Shown: piece by piece, positions 1 through 12,203 of the stretch
How the letters are laid out: each line of letters opens with the position of its first letter
Position numbering within the stretch: position 1 is the stretch's first letter
Assembly (NCBI RefSeq): GCF_006345805.1
Contig: NC_043005.1
Span: forward strand, 105,400,001 to 105,464,000
Direction: 5' to 3'
Origin: Octopus sinensis
Taxonomy: Eukaryota
DNA length: 64,000 nt
Notes under the pieces: model-generated
Told to the model about the DNA's origin: nothing
The model's database searches: none
The model's input: the letters and a program-made list of their open reading frames with translations, nothing else
Program-made: the position numbers and the translations under genes

Positions 1-65
1 AATACCCCATGAATGAATTTGGTATACAGAACCTGTGCAGAAACCATCATGTATATACGTGTGCC

Positions 66-260
66 TTTGTTCCCCTGCTTCCACTGTTTGTTAGTTTCTT
101 TACATCCCTGTAACTTAGTAGTTCAACAAAATAGATCAATAGAATTAGTACCAGGCTTAAAAAATAAATACTGGGGTTGATTTGTTTCACTAAACCCTTC
201 AAGGTAGTGTCCCAGGAATGTCACAGTCCAGTGACTGAAACAGGTGAAAAATAAAAGATA
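66..260 (+). mobile_element. Decayed 3' half of tRNA-SINE family A
   Basis: Similar to the 3' half of the copy at 18711-19119 (taacttag..., ctggggttgatttg, gactgaaacaggt-aaaa); CpGs decayed. Confidence 0.65.
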
Positions 261-331
261 GAAATACATCCTTCAGTACATCACCATCTATCTCAAGTTT
301 CTAAGTTCATGCCCTTATTTCCCTTAGCTAA

Positions 332-369
<38 letters not shown>

Positions 370-596
370 GTGTATGCATGCGTGTGTTTTGGGCTGCTAC
401 ATAGTTTATGACATTCACAATGCATGGTTGATCTGAGGTTATAGTAAAAGACACTTTTACTAAATGCCACTCATTGGGATCAAACCCAACAACTGACAAT
501 TGTGACGCAAACTTCTTAACAACTCAGCCATGCTTTCTCTTAAATGTATTCACGTGCGCACACACACACACTCACACATGCAGGTTGTGTGTGTAT

Positions 597-998
597 CATC
601 ATCATCATCATCATTCTCATCATCGTTTAAACGTTCGCTTTCCATGCTGGTATGGGTTGGACGGTTCAACTGGGGTCTTGGAAGCCAGAAGGCTGCACCA
701 GGCCCAGTCTGATCTGGCAGTGTTTCTACAGCTGGATGCCCTTCCTAACGCCAACCACTCCGTGAGTGTAGTGGGTGCTTTTTACGTGCCACCGGCACAG
801 GTGCCAGACGAGGCTGGCAAACGGCCACGATCAGTTGGTGCTTTTTACATGCCACCGGCACGGGGACCAGACGAAGCTTGCAATGGCCACGGTTGGATGG
901 TGCTTTTTACGTGCCACCGGCACAAATGCCAGTCGGGCGGCACTGGCCACAGCCACGTTCGGATGGTTCTCTTACATGCCACCAGCACTGGTATCACA
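597..998 (-). mobile_element. RTE-LINE 3' UTR derivative with tandem 60-70 bp units
   Basis: Reverse complement ends gcatggaaagc-acgtttaaacgatgatg, the same tail as the RTE coding relic at 9890-10374; four GTGCTTTTTACGTGCCACCGGCAC-like units. Confidence 0.85.
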
Positions 999-1825
999 GT
1001 GTGTATATATATATATATATAAAATACATGCAAACATGCACACACACACACACACACACATACACACAAAAGTTGCTATAAATAATCTAGAGTTGTTCTT
1101 ATGAAGATATATTCAGTTTTATAAAATCTTATATGAATTCTCTTGAAAAGTTAATTTCTGTATCAGAAATTGAATTGTTTTCCACTAGGCTTTTAACAGT
1201 CCAGTGTATAATAAAAGCACTGTTCTATAGATATGTGCTGAATATGTTGATAGAAGTAACATCAGATGTCCACTTCATGGCAAGTGCACCACATGTCTAC
1301 TTAATGGCCAATGCACCACAGAGACTGCTGTATATGGGGTCATGACAGAAGGGTTAGAGCAGAGAACCATCACCATACTTTTCATACCAGCATTTCTTAC
1401 TGGGTCTTTTCTGATTTCTTGGGAGCATAACCAATTGGTGAAATTGGCTAAAATGGATCTACAACACTATATTGACAAAATATGAATAGACCCTTTTTAT
1501 TGACACATATATGAGTGCCTGTTTTCTCAGATTAATGGTTTCTTAGATGACTCTTTCTTTCTTTGTATGTATGTATGTGCGCATGTGTGTATGTGTTTAT
1601 GTGTGTCTGTGTATATATAAAACACACACACACACATGCTCACACATCTACACATACACACACAAACTCTATTTCAAAGCTTTACATGCAGGCAGAGATC
1701 TTAAAACACCTCACTTCATTCATTAAAAAACTGGACCCATTAAAATATTAATTTCCACCCCCCACTGCCAACATATCGGACTGCACACCTCCACTGTATT
1801 TATTTGTCTCATGTGTCACCATTTT

Positions 1826-1921
1826 CTATGTCTGTATTGTGAGGTTTGCAATTTTGATAAGTGACTTTGATGAGTTCATCCGAAGCTTGGTGGAGATGGG
1901 TCGGTTGTGCAGGTCACGTGA
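1826..1921 (-). CDS. Candidate terminal coding exon, unknown protein (SRDLHNRPISTKLRMNSSKSLIKIANLTIQT*)
   Basis: Minus-strand acceptor ctaatttctatgcaacag; 32 codons to TAG; AATAAA about 25 nt downstream; three CpGs all in Arg codons; phase-compatible with 2537-2567. No homology recognised. Confidence 0.3.
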   Translation of the reverse strand, partial: SRDLHNRPISTKLRMNSSKSLIKIANLTIQT

Positions 1922-2308
1922 CTGTTGCATAGAAATTAGTACTTAGTTGTCTTCTGTTGAACTCTGAGTGAATTTAATCCCATCAATGCTTAACAAACCA
2001 TCAATTATGCATGGACTTAGAATTTTTCATGGATCAATGAACAGACAGACACACACACACAAACGCACACACAGATGCATACATATATATATATATGCAT
2101 GTGTGTATGAGTATATGTGTGCATATACACACACACCCGGAGACTTAGCATACATAAAAAAACACATTTGAATAAAAATAGATTTACATTAATGCCTAAT
2201 CACATAAACACATACATATATAAGCAGAATTGTATACACATACTGTGTAACAAACATACATAAGTCTTTACCTAAACAAACTGATTTGCTTCTCCAGACA
2301 AAACAAGT

Positions 2309-2409
2309 CATCATCATTGTCGTTTAACGTCCCCTTTCCATGCTGGCATGGGTTGGACGGTTTGACTGAGGACTGGCAAGCCAGATGGCTGCACCTGACT
2401 CCAATCTGT
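2309..2409 (-). mobile_element. Short 3' tail fragment of RTE-LINE
   Basis: Same terminal ~100 bp as 597-700 and 7130-7230. Confidence 0.8.
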
Positions 2410-2536
2410 ATACATATAAAAGCTATGCTGCTTACTGATACATATGTGCACATTCACACATACATCTACATTTATGTTACCATACATATACATATCCATT
2501 ATATACACATGCAATCTCACATTAACAGATACTCAC

Positions 2537-2567
2537 ATCTTTGTGTACATCATCAATATGGTATACT
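2537..2567 (-). CDS. Candidate 31-nt exon (xVYHIDDVHKD)
   Basis: Minus-strand acceptor ctattttactcag and donor GAT/gtgagt; ends in phase 0, matching 1826-1921. Confidence 0.25.
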
Positions 2568-3537
2568 CTGAGTAAAATAGCATCCATTCCAATGCAAAAT
2601 ATACACCAACTCTACAGAAAGACTGGTACTATGTACACATTAAAATTACATTCACTACAACTTTATACATGTGCCACACAATACTGGACTCATACCAAAT
2701 CTACAGCTACATCAACACTGTTCTGAGACTAGCACTTCGACTCTCATCAAATCTACACATCTCTCAATATCATTCTTAGATAAATACTACACCCACACTA
2801 AATCTAGAGTACTATCAACGCTAGTCCAGGACTAATACTACACACACACCAACACTATTATAAGATAAACCCTACACTAGTGATGCACTCAAATGAAGTT
2901 GATAGTAACAAAGACAATCGCACTAATACAACACTAACATCACTTGTTTCCTACAAATCAATACTGAAAGATATACTACACCAATATACACACTCCTTAC
3001 CACCTTTTGTATTACCACCATTGCTATCTCCACCAAGATACAAAATCAGTAACACAATACCATAATAAACTATAATCAACAAACACACTGTGATTGATGA
3101 TTCTGTGTTATAGATAATGGCTGACACCATTACTACCACCACTTCTCTATCTAGCCATCTCTGCTCATCTCCTTCCTGTGGATGTATGCATATGTTTGCA
3201 TACACACATATGTGTGTGTGTGTGTGGAATAAATGTGAGACAATGGCATACAACCAGTCCAAGCTTCTAGGAATACTGAACCAGTTCAGGTGATGTGTTT
3301 TCTTAGGCCTTTGTAGACTGTGTATGTAAAAAGTATTCCAGTTATCTATTGATATATGAACTGCAAAGAGGAATAGAAGAGAAAAGATGATGACAGCAGA
3401 AAGGCCAGAAATGAGTGGGTGAGAGAGGTAACAGTGCTAGTGTAGAGAGCACTCAGTAATCTAGATATGTATATTTGGTCAGGTGTCCAAGGAGAAGAAA
3501 AAGAGAGAATATGATTGGTAGGTGAAAGGAACAAGAG

Positions 3538-4460
3538 TATGATGGACCTGAGAAAACCTTTTGACTAGGCCCCTGCTCTCTTATCAAGTGGTGGATGCAG
3601 AAGCTAGGAATAAATTAGTGGTTGGTGTGAGCTATACAAGCCATGTACAGAGATACAGTCAGTAAGGTGGCAGTCAGCTATGAGTATAACAATGAATTTA
3701 GTGTTCCAGTAGGTGTTCACCAAGGATCAGTCCTCCATCCACTCTTGTTTATTATAGACCACCAGGCTATAACAAAGGAATTTAAGACTGACTGTCTGAC
3801 CTTCGTAGCTTCTCTATGCTGATGACTTTGTCTTTATAGCTGAATCACTATCAGTAATAGAGAAGAAATTTCAGGTGTTGAAGTAAAGTCTAAAACAAAG
3901 GGCCTTAGAATTAATTTAGCAAAGACCAAAGTCCTAGTAATTAGGAAAACAGACTAAGTACTAATCCCTTCAGGTGTAGGAAGAATTCCATACTGTATGC
4001 CAAATGCAGCAAACTATGGACAGATAAGAAGTGCAGTGATATCACAGAAAGGTTAAGAGAGAAAGTAGTCTTTGTGTATGGCAAATGTGCAGGTACAATA
4101 AGCACTAATAATGTACATAAAATAGATTTCTGCAAACGTTCAGGGGGTCTTCAGAAGTAGTTGATAACTTCCACTACATAGGTAACCAAATTGACAGTGG
4201 AGGAGGATGCTCTGAAAGCATAGTTACTAGAATAAGAATGGGCTGGGCAAAGTTCAAAAAGCTTCCACCTAAGTGCCTCTCCCTCAAAGTGAAGGTCAGA
4301 TAGTATGAAGCTTGTGTATGAACATCTATGCTAGAGGCCGTGGAACATGGACTGTGACTACAAAGGACATGCAAAGGCTAGAAAGAAATGAAGCCAGTGT
4401 GCCGTGTATGAGCAACAGAGTGTAAATGATTTAAGAGAAAAATTGGGTATGAGAGCCAAA
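3538..4460 (+). mobile_element. Degenerate RTE-clade LINE reverse transcriptase
   Basis: Across stops and frameshifts reads GVHQGSVLHPLLFI, LLYADDFVFIAES, KGLRINLAKTKVL and a Cys-rich insert. Confidence 0.9.
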
Positions 4461-4494
4461 TAAGATGACAAGCAGGTAGAATCATAAGCACATC

Positions 4495-4620
4495 AGGTAA
4501 AATGCTTAGGGACATTTCTTCCAGCTTAATGTTCTGAGTTTGAATTCTGCCAAGAGTTGAACACTGGGGATGAGGGAATCAACTAGCCTCCTATGCCAAA
4601 ATTTCAGGACTTGTGCTGGA
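4495..4620 (+). mobile_element. Decayed SINE fragment related to family B
   Basis: gttctgagtttgaattctgcc B-box-like segment and ctggggatgag-aatcaacta segment. Confidence 0.5.
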
Positions 4621-4733
4621 TCTTTGTGGTTATCATCACTGCATGTCTAAATCTTTAAAAAAAATTTTTAATGTAGCACACAGATGTAATTTTTGACACT
4701 GAATCTGAATTTGTCATTATTCATTTATTCTAG

Positions 4734-4841
4734 AAATTTTTTGCAAAAATGTCGCAGGTGTTCAACGTTTGATAATTTTCAGAATTTTCAGCCAACCACA
4801 AAAGAGCGTGTTCGCTGCCTCTTCTATCATCTGTCACAGTA
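4734..4841 (+). CDS. Candidate 108-nt phase 2-2 exon (NFLQKCRRCSTFDNFQNFQPTTKERVRCLFYHLSQ)
   Basis: Acceptor tcatttattctag and donor TA/gtgaga; three of four CpGs in Arg codons. A competing minus-strand reading exists at 4730-4830. Confidence 0.25.
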
Positions 4842-5796
4842 GTGAGAAAGGAGGAGGGGAACCGACATGTCAAAACATTAAACTAGTAAACAGTGTAAAA
4901 CATTAAAAGATTCGTGGGCAAATTAAATATTTAAAAGCTATGAGAAAACCAACTGGAGTTGCTAGAAATAACAGTCAAGACATTGCTTAAACAGTCATTT
5001 ATTAGTTAAAGAACTCAAGAACGAAAGTTTGCAATACACTCTAAGATTTTATAAAATAAATTGCTTTTCTCATATCTCTTCCACATAAATTCACAAAGAT
5101 AAGAGTCAACCATGGAATGGTGTTTGTTCCACGCTTTAAAGATGCCCAACTCTCAATTTGGTGATAACACTCCTTGTGCACATGTGCAGCATCTTTGGTT
5201 ACTGTGGAAACAGAGTTCCTCACAATCAGCTATGGAACACGTGGTGCTTCTTTGCTTAATATGCTAACAGAACTTGCTTTTGTAAAATACTCGCTTCTGA
5301 TTGGCTAAAATACCCAAATTTTAAAGCCCCACCACCTCATTTTATAAATCCTCTTCTCTTTACCTTTCGTTCTCCCTTTCTCTTGCTCCTTCTATCCCCT
5401 TCTTTTTTACCCCTCTATACACATATCCATTCTCCTAACTTAGAAGCCATCTTACTGCTTTAACCATATAAACTGAAATATTCCCATCAATTGCTTCATG
5501 TTTTAAAATGCTTTAACTGAGAAAGGTCTTACAAAATGGATGCATTTCCAATTATATATTATGCACACCCGAAATGTGCGTCTTAAATGATTTCAAAATA
5601 TCACAATTAGGTGTGACTTCATAAGTGTAACTTATATAACTCAATACCAGTAAAAACTAACTGGTCCAGACTCCACTTATACAGATACTCTGACAATGAT
5701 TTCGGGTAGTTTGTTTTTTGTGACTCGAGTCAAAAATTCTAGTACTATGCATTGCTTCTTAGCATAACATATATATATATATATATATATAATATA

Positions 5797-5938
5797 AGGG
5801 TGTCTGAGAGACACCACCATGCCAAAATAGACTTTGTTCCTCTGTCTTATCTCATGGTGCGATATGAACATTTAAGGTGGTTTTTAGAGTCAGGGATTTG
5901 ACTGCCATTTTGGCATGGTGGTGTCTCTCAGACACCCT
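5797..5938. mobile_element. Tc1/mariner-type MITE, 142 bp
   Basis: Perfect 32-bp TIRs AGGGTGTCTGAGAGACACCACCATGCCAAAAT (5797-5828 / 5907-5938) flanked by TA on both sides. Confidence 0.9.
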
Positions 5939-6606
5939 TATTTTTAATTGTAAAAAATTATTACCTTTGTATGGTAATTTATTCCCATGCTGGCCACTTG
6001 ATAATATCGATATTATCCTTATTTATAAATAAATATATATATATATATATAGTGAGAGAGAGAGAGAGAAACAGTCAACAGATGAGATCCAGAGATGCTC
6101 AATATAGAAAACACTTAGTAGTGCTCAAATGATTTGAACTTACACTCTGAAATTTTACCAAGGATTAAGTCCACAGGGTAAAGTATGGCTATAGAAGGAA
6201 TCCAGTTGAGCTGAACACAGACACCTAATTGACTGTAGTGTTTAAATGCATTCACTAGGTGTTGCATATAATTAACTTTGTGTGAACTCCATTTCCCAAT
6301 ACTATTCTGTAGTTCTGAAACCAAGAAATATTTGACACACCTGTAATATCATACCTTCTCCTCTTAGTTTTCCGCGTCTTTGAAAATCTGCTCTGTTAAT
6401 ATATAAATATCTATATATTTATACATTAGTGTTCATTGTCTGAATATTTTCAGTCTTTGCTTCTCCCTGTTGGCGTGTGTATATGTATGTATATTTTATA
6501 TAACAAGCCTTCTTTATTTGTTTATTTGCAACATTATCTCTCTCTCTCTCTCCCTCATTCTCTCCTTCTCTGCCCTCTCTCTTTCTCTCTCTCTCTATAT
6601 ATATAC

Positions 6607-6646
<40 letters not shown>

Positions 6647-6694
6647 GTATATATGTACATATATATATAAGCATATATATATATCAAGATTCAA

Positions 6695-7230
6695 ATCAAA
6701 TCAAATCACAATCACATGGAAATTGTAGTTGTGGCTGATGCCAGTGCTGCTTCACTGGCTCCCGTGCTGGTGGCATGCAATAAACACCATTCATGCGTGG
6801 GTCATTGCCAGTGCTGCTTGACTGGGCTTCCCATGCTGGTGGCACATAAAAAGCACCATCCAAATGTGGTCAATGCTAGCCCCCTCACTCCAACTGGCTC
6901 CTGTGCCAGTGGCACGTAAAAGGCACCATCTGAACATGGCCGATGCCAGTGCCACCTGACTGGGTCCCATGCTGATGGCATGTAGAAAGCACCATCTGAA
7001 CATCGTCGATACCAGCCCCCTCACTCTGACTGGCTCCCGTGCCGGTGACACATAAAAAGCACCCACTACACTCTGGAGTGGTTGGCGATAGGAAGGGCAT
7101 CCAGCTGTAGAAACTCTGCCAGACCAAGATTGGAGCCTGGTGCAGCCATCTGGTTCATCAGCCCTCAGTCAAAATCGTCCAACCCATGCTAGCATGGAAA
7201 GCGGACGTTAAACGATGATGATGATGATGA
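6695..7230 (+). mobile_element. RTE-LINE 3' UTR derivative with five 66-70 bp tandem units
   Basis: Units start near 6740, 6807, 6875, 6945 and 7011; then ggcgataggaagggcatccagctgtagaaac and tail gcatggaaagcggacgttaaac(gat)n. Confidence 0.9.
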
Positions 7231-7493
7231 TATATATATATATATATTTAAATTTATATTTATATATAGTTGAAGTAAGCAACCATTTATGTAGGCAAGC
7301 AGACATACAGGTAGATAGTTAAGTAGAAAGAAAACTAGCAAGAAAGATGGCTACTTTAGCAAGTAAATGACTCCCTCTACTTCCCAGGCACCATCATCCC
7401 CGTCATCATTTATTTAGTGACACTGTAACACAGCTTTACAATATTATAGAGGAAAACAAGAAACTGAACATGTTTGACTCTAGGATACATGAA

Positions 7494-7534
<41 letters not shown>

Positions 7535-8683
7535 TCTCACAAAAAAAAATCAATAAGAGAATTTTTATCCTTCATTGGATTTATTCCTGTCATTGTTGTT
7601 CGTTAGGTTTTTCTGTCAGTTTAATAGCTAATTAGCTCATTAGTAATACTGCTTAGCAACACAAATGGTACCATGTTAGCAACAGGAGGTTTGAAAATCT
7701 TGCTGTCCATCTAACCAATATCTGACTGTTTGACCCATAGTAGTATGGGAGGAGACTAAAAAACAATGGATAGAAATACTGCTTATAATGATGACCATTG
7801 AAGATAATGAGGGTGAGGCTGATAAGTCTGGTGATAATTTAGTTTCTGGAGTCTGAGATTATTCACTAATGTAAGAAAGAATATGTGATGGCTGCATGTA
7901 ACTATGAGATGGGGTGTGTCTGATATATTTCTGATCATAAAGTTTAAAATTGGCTATCATTACAGTTTTTCACTAAATGTATATATGTGGGTTTTAAACA
8001 ATACATTGTCAGATTAACAAGAAAGAAATAGGAAGCTGATGTGTGTTTTTTGGCATATGTATGTTATAACATATATATGTGTAAATATATGCATGCATAC
8101 ACACATGCATATATATATACACACACACATGCATGTATGTAGATATAAACATATATGCATACATACATTAGTTTTTATTTTTAATTCTGTGAATTCTGGC
8201 TCAACAGAAAGAAGAGGTTTCTGACAAAGTTTTGAAATTTAGATAACCATGTTGAATTTTAGAAAATTTCTTGTATATTTGTACCATTCCACTTACAAAT
8301 TGTATTTGCAATGAGCTTGTACACTGGCCATTTTCTTTACCTTTAAATCTCTGTTTGGCAAGATTTGTCATTTAGGCAGTTATGCCTTAACCAAGCTTAA
8401 CTAATGATTTATGCAAATAAATACATAGAATCCGAGTAGAGAATAGGCCTAAAATGCAATTGCCCATAAATATTCTCCTTCTCACAGATTCTAAAAGAAA
8501 TGCTCACACATTGGCAGGGCAACTGGCTTCTATGAGCATGCATATTTTTTCTCTTCTATCTTAACCAAACTTCACTAGGCCTGTTATGTTTGCATTTGGT
8601 GGACGTTTCCATGTGTTGAAATGAATATATGTCACCAATATCAGACACATTTTTTTTATGTTTGATGTCATTGTATATTTTAG

Positions 8684-8708
8684 CAACTACATCATGCTAC
8701 ATTGGTAG
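8684..8708 (+). CDS. Candidate 25-nt micro-exon (xTTSCYIGR)
   Basis: Acceptor gtcattgtatattttag and donor TAG/gtaagg; ends in phase 2, matching 12134. Confidence 0.3.
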
Positions 8709-9242
8709 GTAAGGCCTTAGTAACATATGAAGTGGGGGCGGGGGTTGCAGCTAATCACGTGTTTATTATCTTCTAGTGAAATGGGATACAATCGACATTT
8801 TTAGTTACATCTTCTCTGTTCCATTAGCTAAGCAGTGTTTTGTAAATAATCTCCAAAATATTATGTGCTGTAACACACACACACACACACACCAAGTCAC
8901 AACTGAAGAAAATAAAAGCTGACCATTCTTGCACTTCATTATCAGGAAACTTCTCTTCTAAGTGAACACAAAAGATGCATTATGAAAGTCAACTTTGAAT
9001 TTGTATTTAATAATGGTGTAGGCATGGCTGTGTAAAGAAGTTTGCTCTGCAGTTACATGATTTTTGCAGTGAATTTGTTAGGTAGAAACTGAAAAGATGC
9101 CTGCCATGTAGATATGTGTACATTTCTGCTTGTGTGACTCTTGTCTTGACTCTATGTTAAAATGATGATTAATAATGATGATGATGATGAATGTATGTGT
9201 GTAAATATATAACATACCCCCTCCTTCACACACACACATGAA

Positions 9243-9660
9243 AGTGGCTGTGTAGTTAAGAGGTCTGCTTGCCAACAACAAGGTTTCATGTTCCCTTTCA
9301 CTACATGGCAACTTGGGCAGCTGTGGGCTGACCAAAGCCTTGTGAGTAGCTTTAGTGAATGGAAACTAAAAGCAACCCATTTTGTGTGTGTGTGTGTGTG
9401 TGTGTGACTATGTATGTCTTTATCTGTATGTAAGTTTTGTATGTTTGTTGTAAATAAGTGCCACTCATGCAGTGACACTCATACAAGCAATGCTATCCAC
9501 TTCCAATTTTCTATTAAAATATGTCTGGATATGGGTAACTATTACCTTGCTTGGAAATAGGTGAGGTTTAGCAACAGGAAGGGCATCCAGTCATAGAAAA
9601 TCTGCCTTAATAATCTCTTTCTGATCCATGTAAGCATGGAAAAGTATGTTAAAATGATGA
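9243..9660 (+). mobile_element. Old tRNA-SINE with family A head and RTE-type 3' tail
   Basis: A-box tggctgtgtag, cttgggcag segment, internal (TG)n, then caacaggaagggcatccag...gcatggaaaag...aaaatgatga tail. Confidence 0.7.
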
Positions 9661-9889
9661 CAGTTGTGGTGGCAGCAGTAGTGGTGATGATGATGATGAG
9701 GACAACAGACACAAATTGAAGAGAAGCTATATACCTAATTGATATTAGTATCAACCTCAATGGGAAATGTATTCAAGTGTAAGTTCTTCGATACTCCATG
9801 AGATTCTACTTTAGAACTTTGTTAGGGTACACAATTTCCGTATTTCTGGGGTAACATGGATGATCATCAAGAACTGACAGTCAGTTCTT

Positions 9890-10374
9890 GAAAGAAAAAC
9901 TGGGCATAAGAGGCATCAGATGCGGTGTGCAAGAGAGACAACTGTACTGGTATGGACATGTGATGCATATGGATGAGGACAGCTGCATAAAGTGGTGTCA
10001 TTCTCTAACTGTGGAAGTGGAGGACCCAGGAAGACATGGGATGAGGTGGTGAAGCATGATCTTCAAATGTTGGGTTTCACAGAGGCGATGACAAGTGATC
10101 AAGTCCTTCGGCAATTTGTTGTGCTTGAGAAGATTCATCAAATCAAGAGAAATCCTTTTGGTGGCCTGTGCCAGTGACACATGAATGTACCCATACTGGT
10201 GGCAAGGCACCCACTATACTCTTGGAGTGGTTAGTGTTAGGAAAGGCATCCAGCCATAGAAACCAAGCCAGAATCAGTCTGATAACTGCCACAGCTGTCT
10301 GGCACACCAGTTGCTGTCAAACCATCTAACCCATGCCAGCATGGAAAGCGGATGCTAAATGATGATGATGATGA
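9890..10374 (+). mobile_element. RTE-LINE 3' end (ORF C-terminus, UTR, (GAT)n tail)
   Basis: Reads EKLGIRGIRCGVQERQLYWYGHVMHMDEDSCIK and GPRKTWDEVVKHDLQMLG, followed by the same UTR and tail as 597-998 and 6695-7230. Confidence 0.9.
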
Positions 10375-10571
10375 AATCAACATTTAACATGTTAAACATA
10401 AATAGATAGAAGCAAAATTTCAAACATATCAGTCATGTTCATGTTTGACAGATTGACACTCATGTTCTTGGTTTTGCAACTGTTTCCTTCAAATTTACCT
10501 CCGTATACTTTGATTTGATTTTGAAATCTTGTGGGTAGGTTTAGGAAATGGATCTGCTCTAACCAATGGGT

Positions 10572-10607
<36 letters not shown>

Positions 10608-10669
10608 TTGCCACGTTGGTCTGCTGAACTCTACACAGTTTTTCTCTTTCTTTGTTTTTACATTCTCTT

Positions 10670-10810
10670 TCATTTTTCCTTCTTATTCCTTTCTGTCAAA
10701 GAGTATAGGTTCAAAATGTAAAAGACTTTTCTGTTTTTCCCCAAGCATTAAACTAATACACCTGCTTGTTATTCCTACACCTGTCTTTGTCTTTTGTTTT
10801 TTCTGTAAAT
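10670..10810 (+). mobile_element. Penelope-like terminal repeat relic with decayed hammerhead core
   Basis: ctgtcaaagagtataggttcaaaatgtaaaagac aligns with 16203-16240; classification inferred from the hammerhead-like core. Confidence 0.4.
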
Positions 10811-11189
10811 GATGAAGAATCTTGTATGCTTCTACCAAGGCAGCTGCTACATATGTAGTGTCCAGAGAAGCAATACATTCAAGTTATGGTGACTGACAGA
10901 GGGTATTCATCTAGTTGTAATGTCTCTGGACAAGATGGGATGGGTGGGTTTCAAACAGGAGACAATGGGCAGAGCAGACTCATTGATGTGATTTGAAACA
11001 GGCTAGAATTAGTGAGAGGAACAATATATATATATAAGTTACTTTTATATTTATATTATCTATCAGTCTTTCTCTCTCACTCTCACTTTCTCTCTATATG
11101 TGTGTGTGTGTGTTTATAGTTATGTTTATATATGCATATATCGATAGATATTTAATTATATATATATATGTTAAAAATGTATACCTGTC

Positions 11190-11220
<31 letters not shown>

Positions 11221-11753
11221 CATGTATAATGGCCGTTTGTATTTATATATATTTGAACATATATATAGATATATGTCTTTAAATATTTTGAAAAATATAT
11301 ATGAGTTTTAAAATATATATGTGTGTATGGATATATACTCGCACACATGCACACACTGACATATACATACATAAATGTGTGTGTGCGCACACATTTGTCT
11401 ACATATGTATATATATCTACATATATGCCTAAATGTACACACATTTATGTGCACACACCTATAGTTAAACAGTTATATAGATAACTGCAGAGAAATGTAG
11501 GTAGAAGGGTAGGTACGTGGGTAGGTAAATGAATAAATATAGGGTGTCTTTAATTTCCACTTTTGAAATAATACTGTCTTAATAAAAGTAAGTTAACAAA
11601 ATGGTTTTCAAATGTTTTCTGTTCTTCCATTCATGTTGTATAACCTAATTTTAAACTTCGAAAATTTATAGGCAATATATGTATACCATTGTATATTTGT
11701 ATATGAGATATACATATGTATATTTATGTATGCCTTTATACATACATATGTAC

Positions 11754-11800
<47 letters not shown>

Positions 11801-12133
11801 TTTATGTTTACAGCATTTCATTTATGCATACATACATACATATATATTTATAAATGTATATATGTATGTAGTTGTTTATGTATATGTATATATGTATGTA
11901 TTATAATTTCAGCAGTGTAGAAAAATATATCGGTGCAGTAACCATATATTAAAACAGTTCTCTCTTTTACATCAAAACTCTCCACTATAATTATTTACAA
12001 TATCAATGAAATCGCTTTTACAAAATAAGTGAAGAATTAATGAATAGTGAAATCTATTATTAATATTATTATTGTTGTTGTTATGATTATTATTATCATT
12101 GTTGTTATTGTCATTGTTATTATTATTTTCTAG

Positions 12134-12203
12134 GTGTTCTTGTTTGAGCTGTAGTAGTAGTAGGGAGATGAGAACTGATTCCATCAAATGTTCTGTCATG
12201 TAA
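12134..12203 (+). CDS. Candidate terminal exon ending in a CaaX box (CSCLSCSSSREMRTDSIKCSVM*)
   Basis: Acceptor ttattattttctag, open frame to TAA at 12201-12203, U-rich sequence downstream. Protein not identified. Confidence 0.45.

Noticed and set aside
775-990. CRISPR-like repeat-spacer array
   Set aside because: The spacers are homologous to each other, the array recurs as part of an RTE 3' UTR, and there are no cas genes.
474-1104. 182-aa and 109-aa ORFs
   Set aside because: They are antisense read-through of an RTE UTR plus microsatellites.
7640-7880. Several possible exons on both strands (e.g. NTNGTMLATGG, VWEETKKQW)
   Set aside because: Weak or conflicting splice signals and no recognisable homology.
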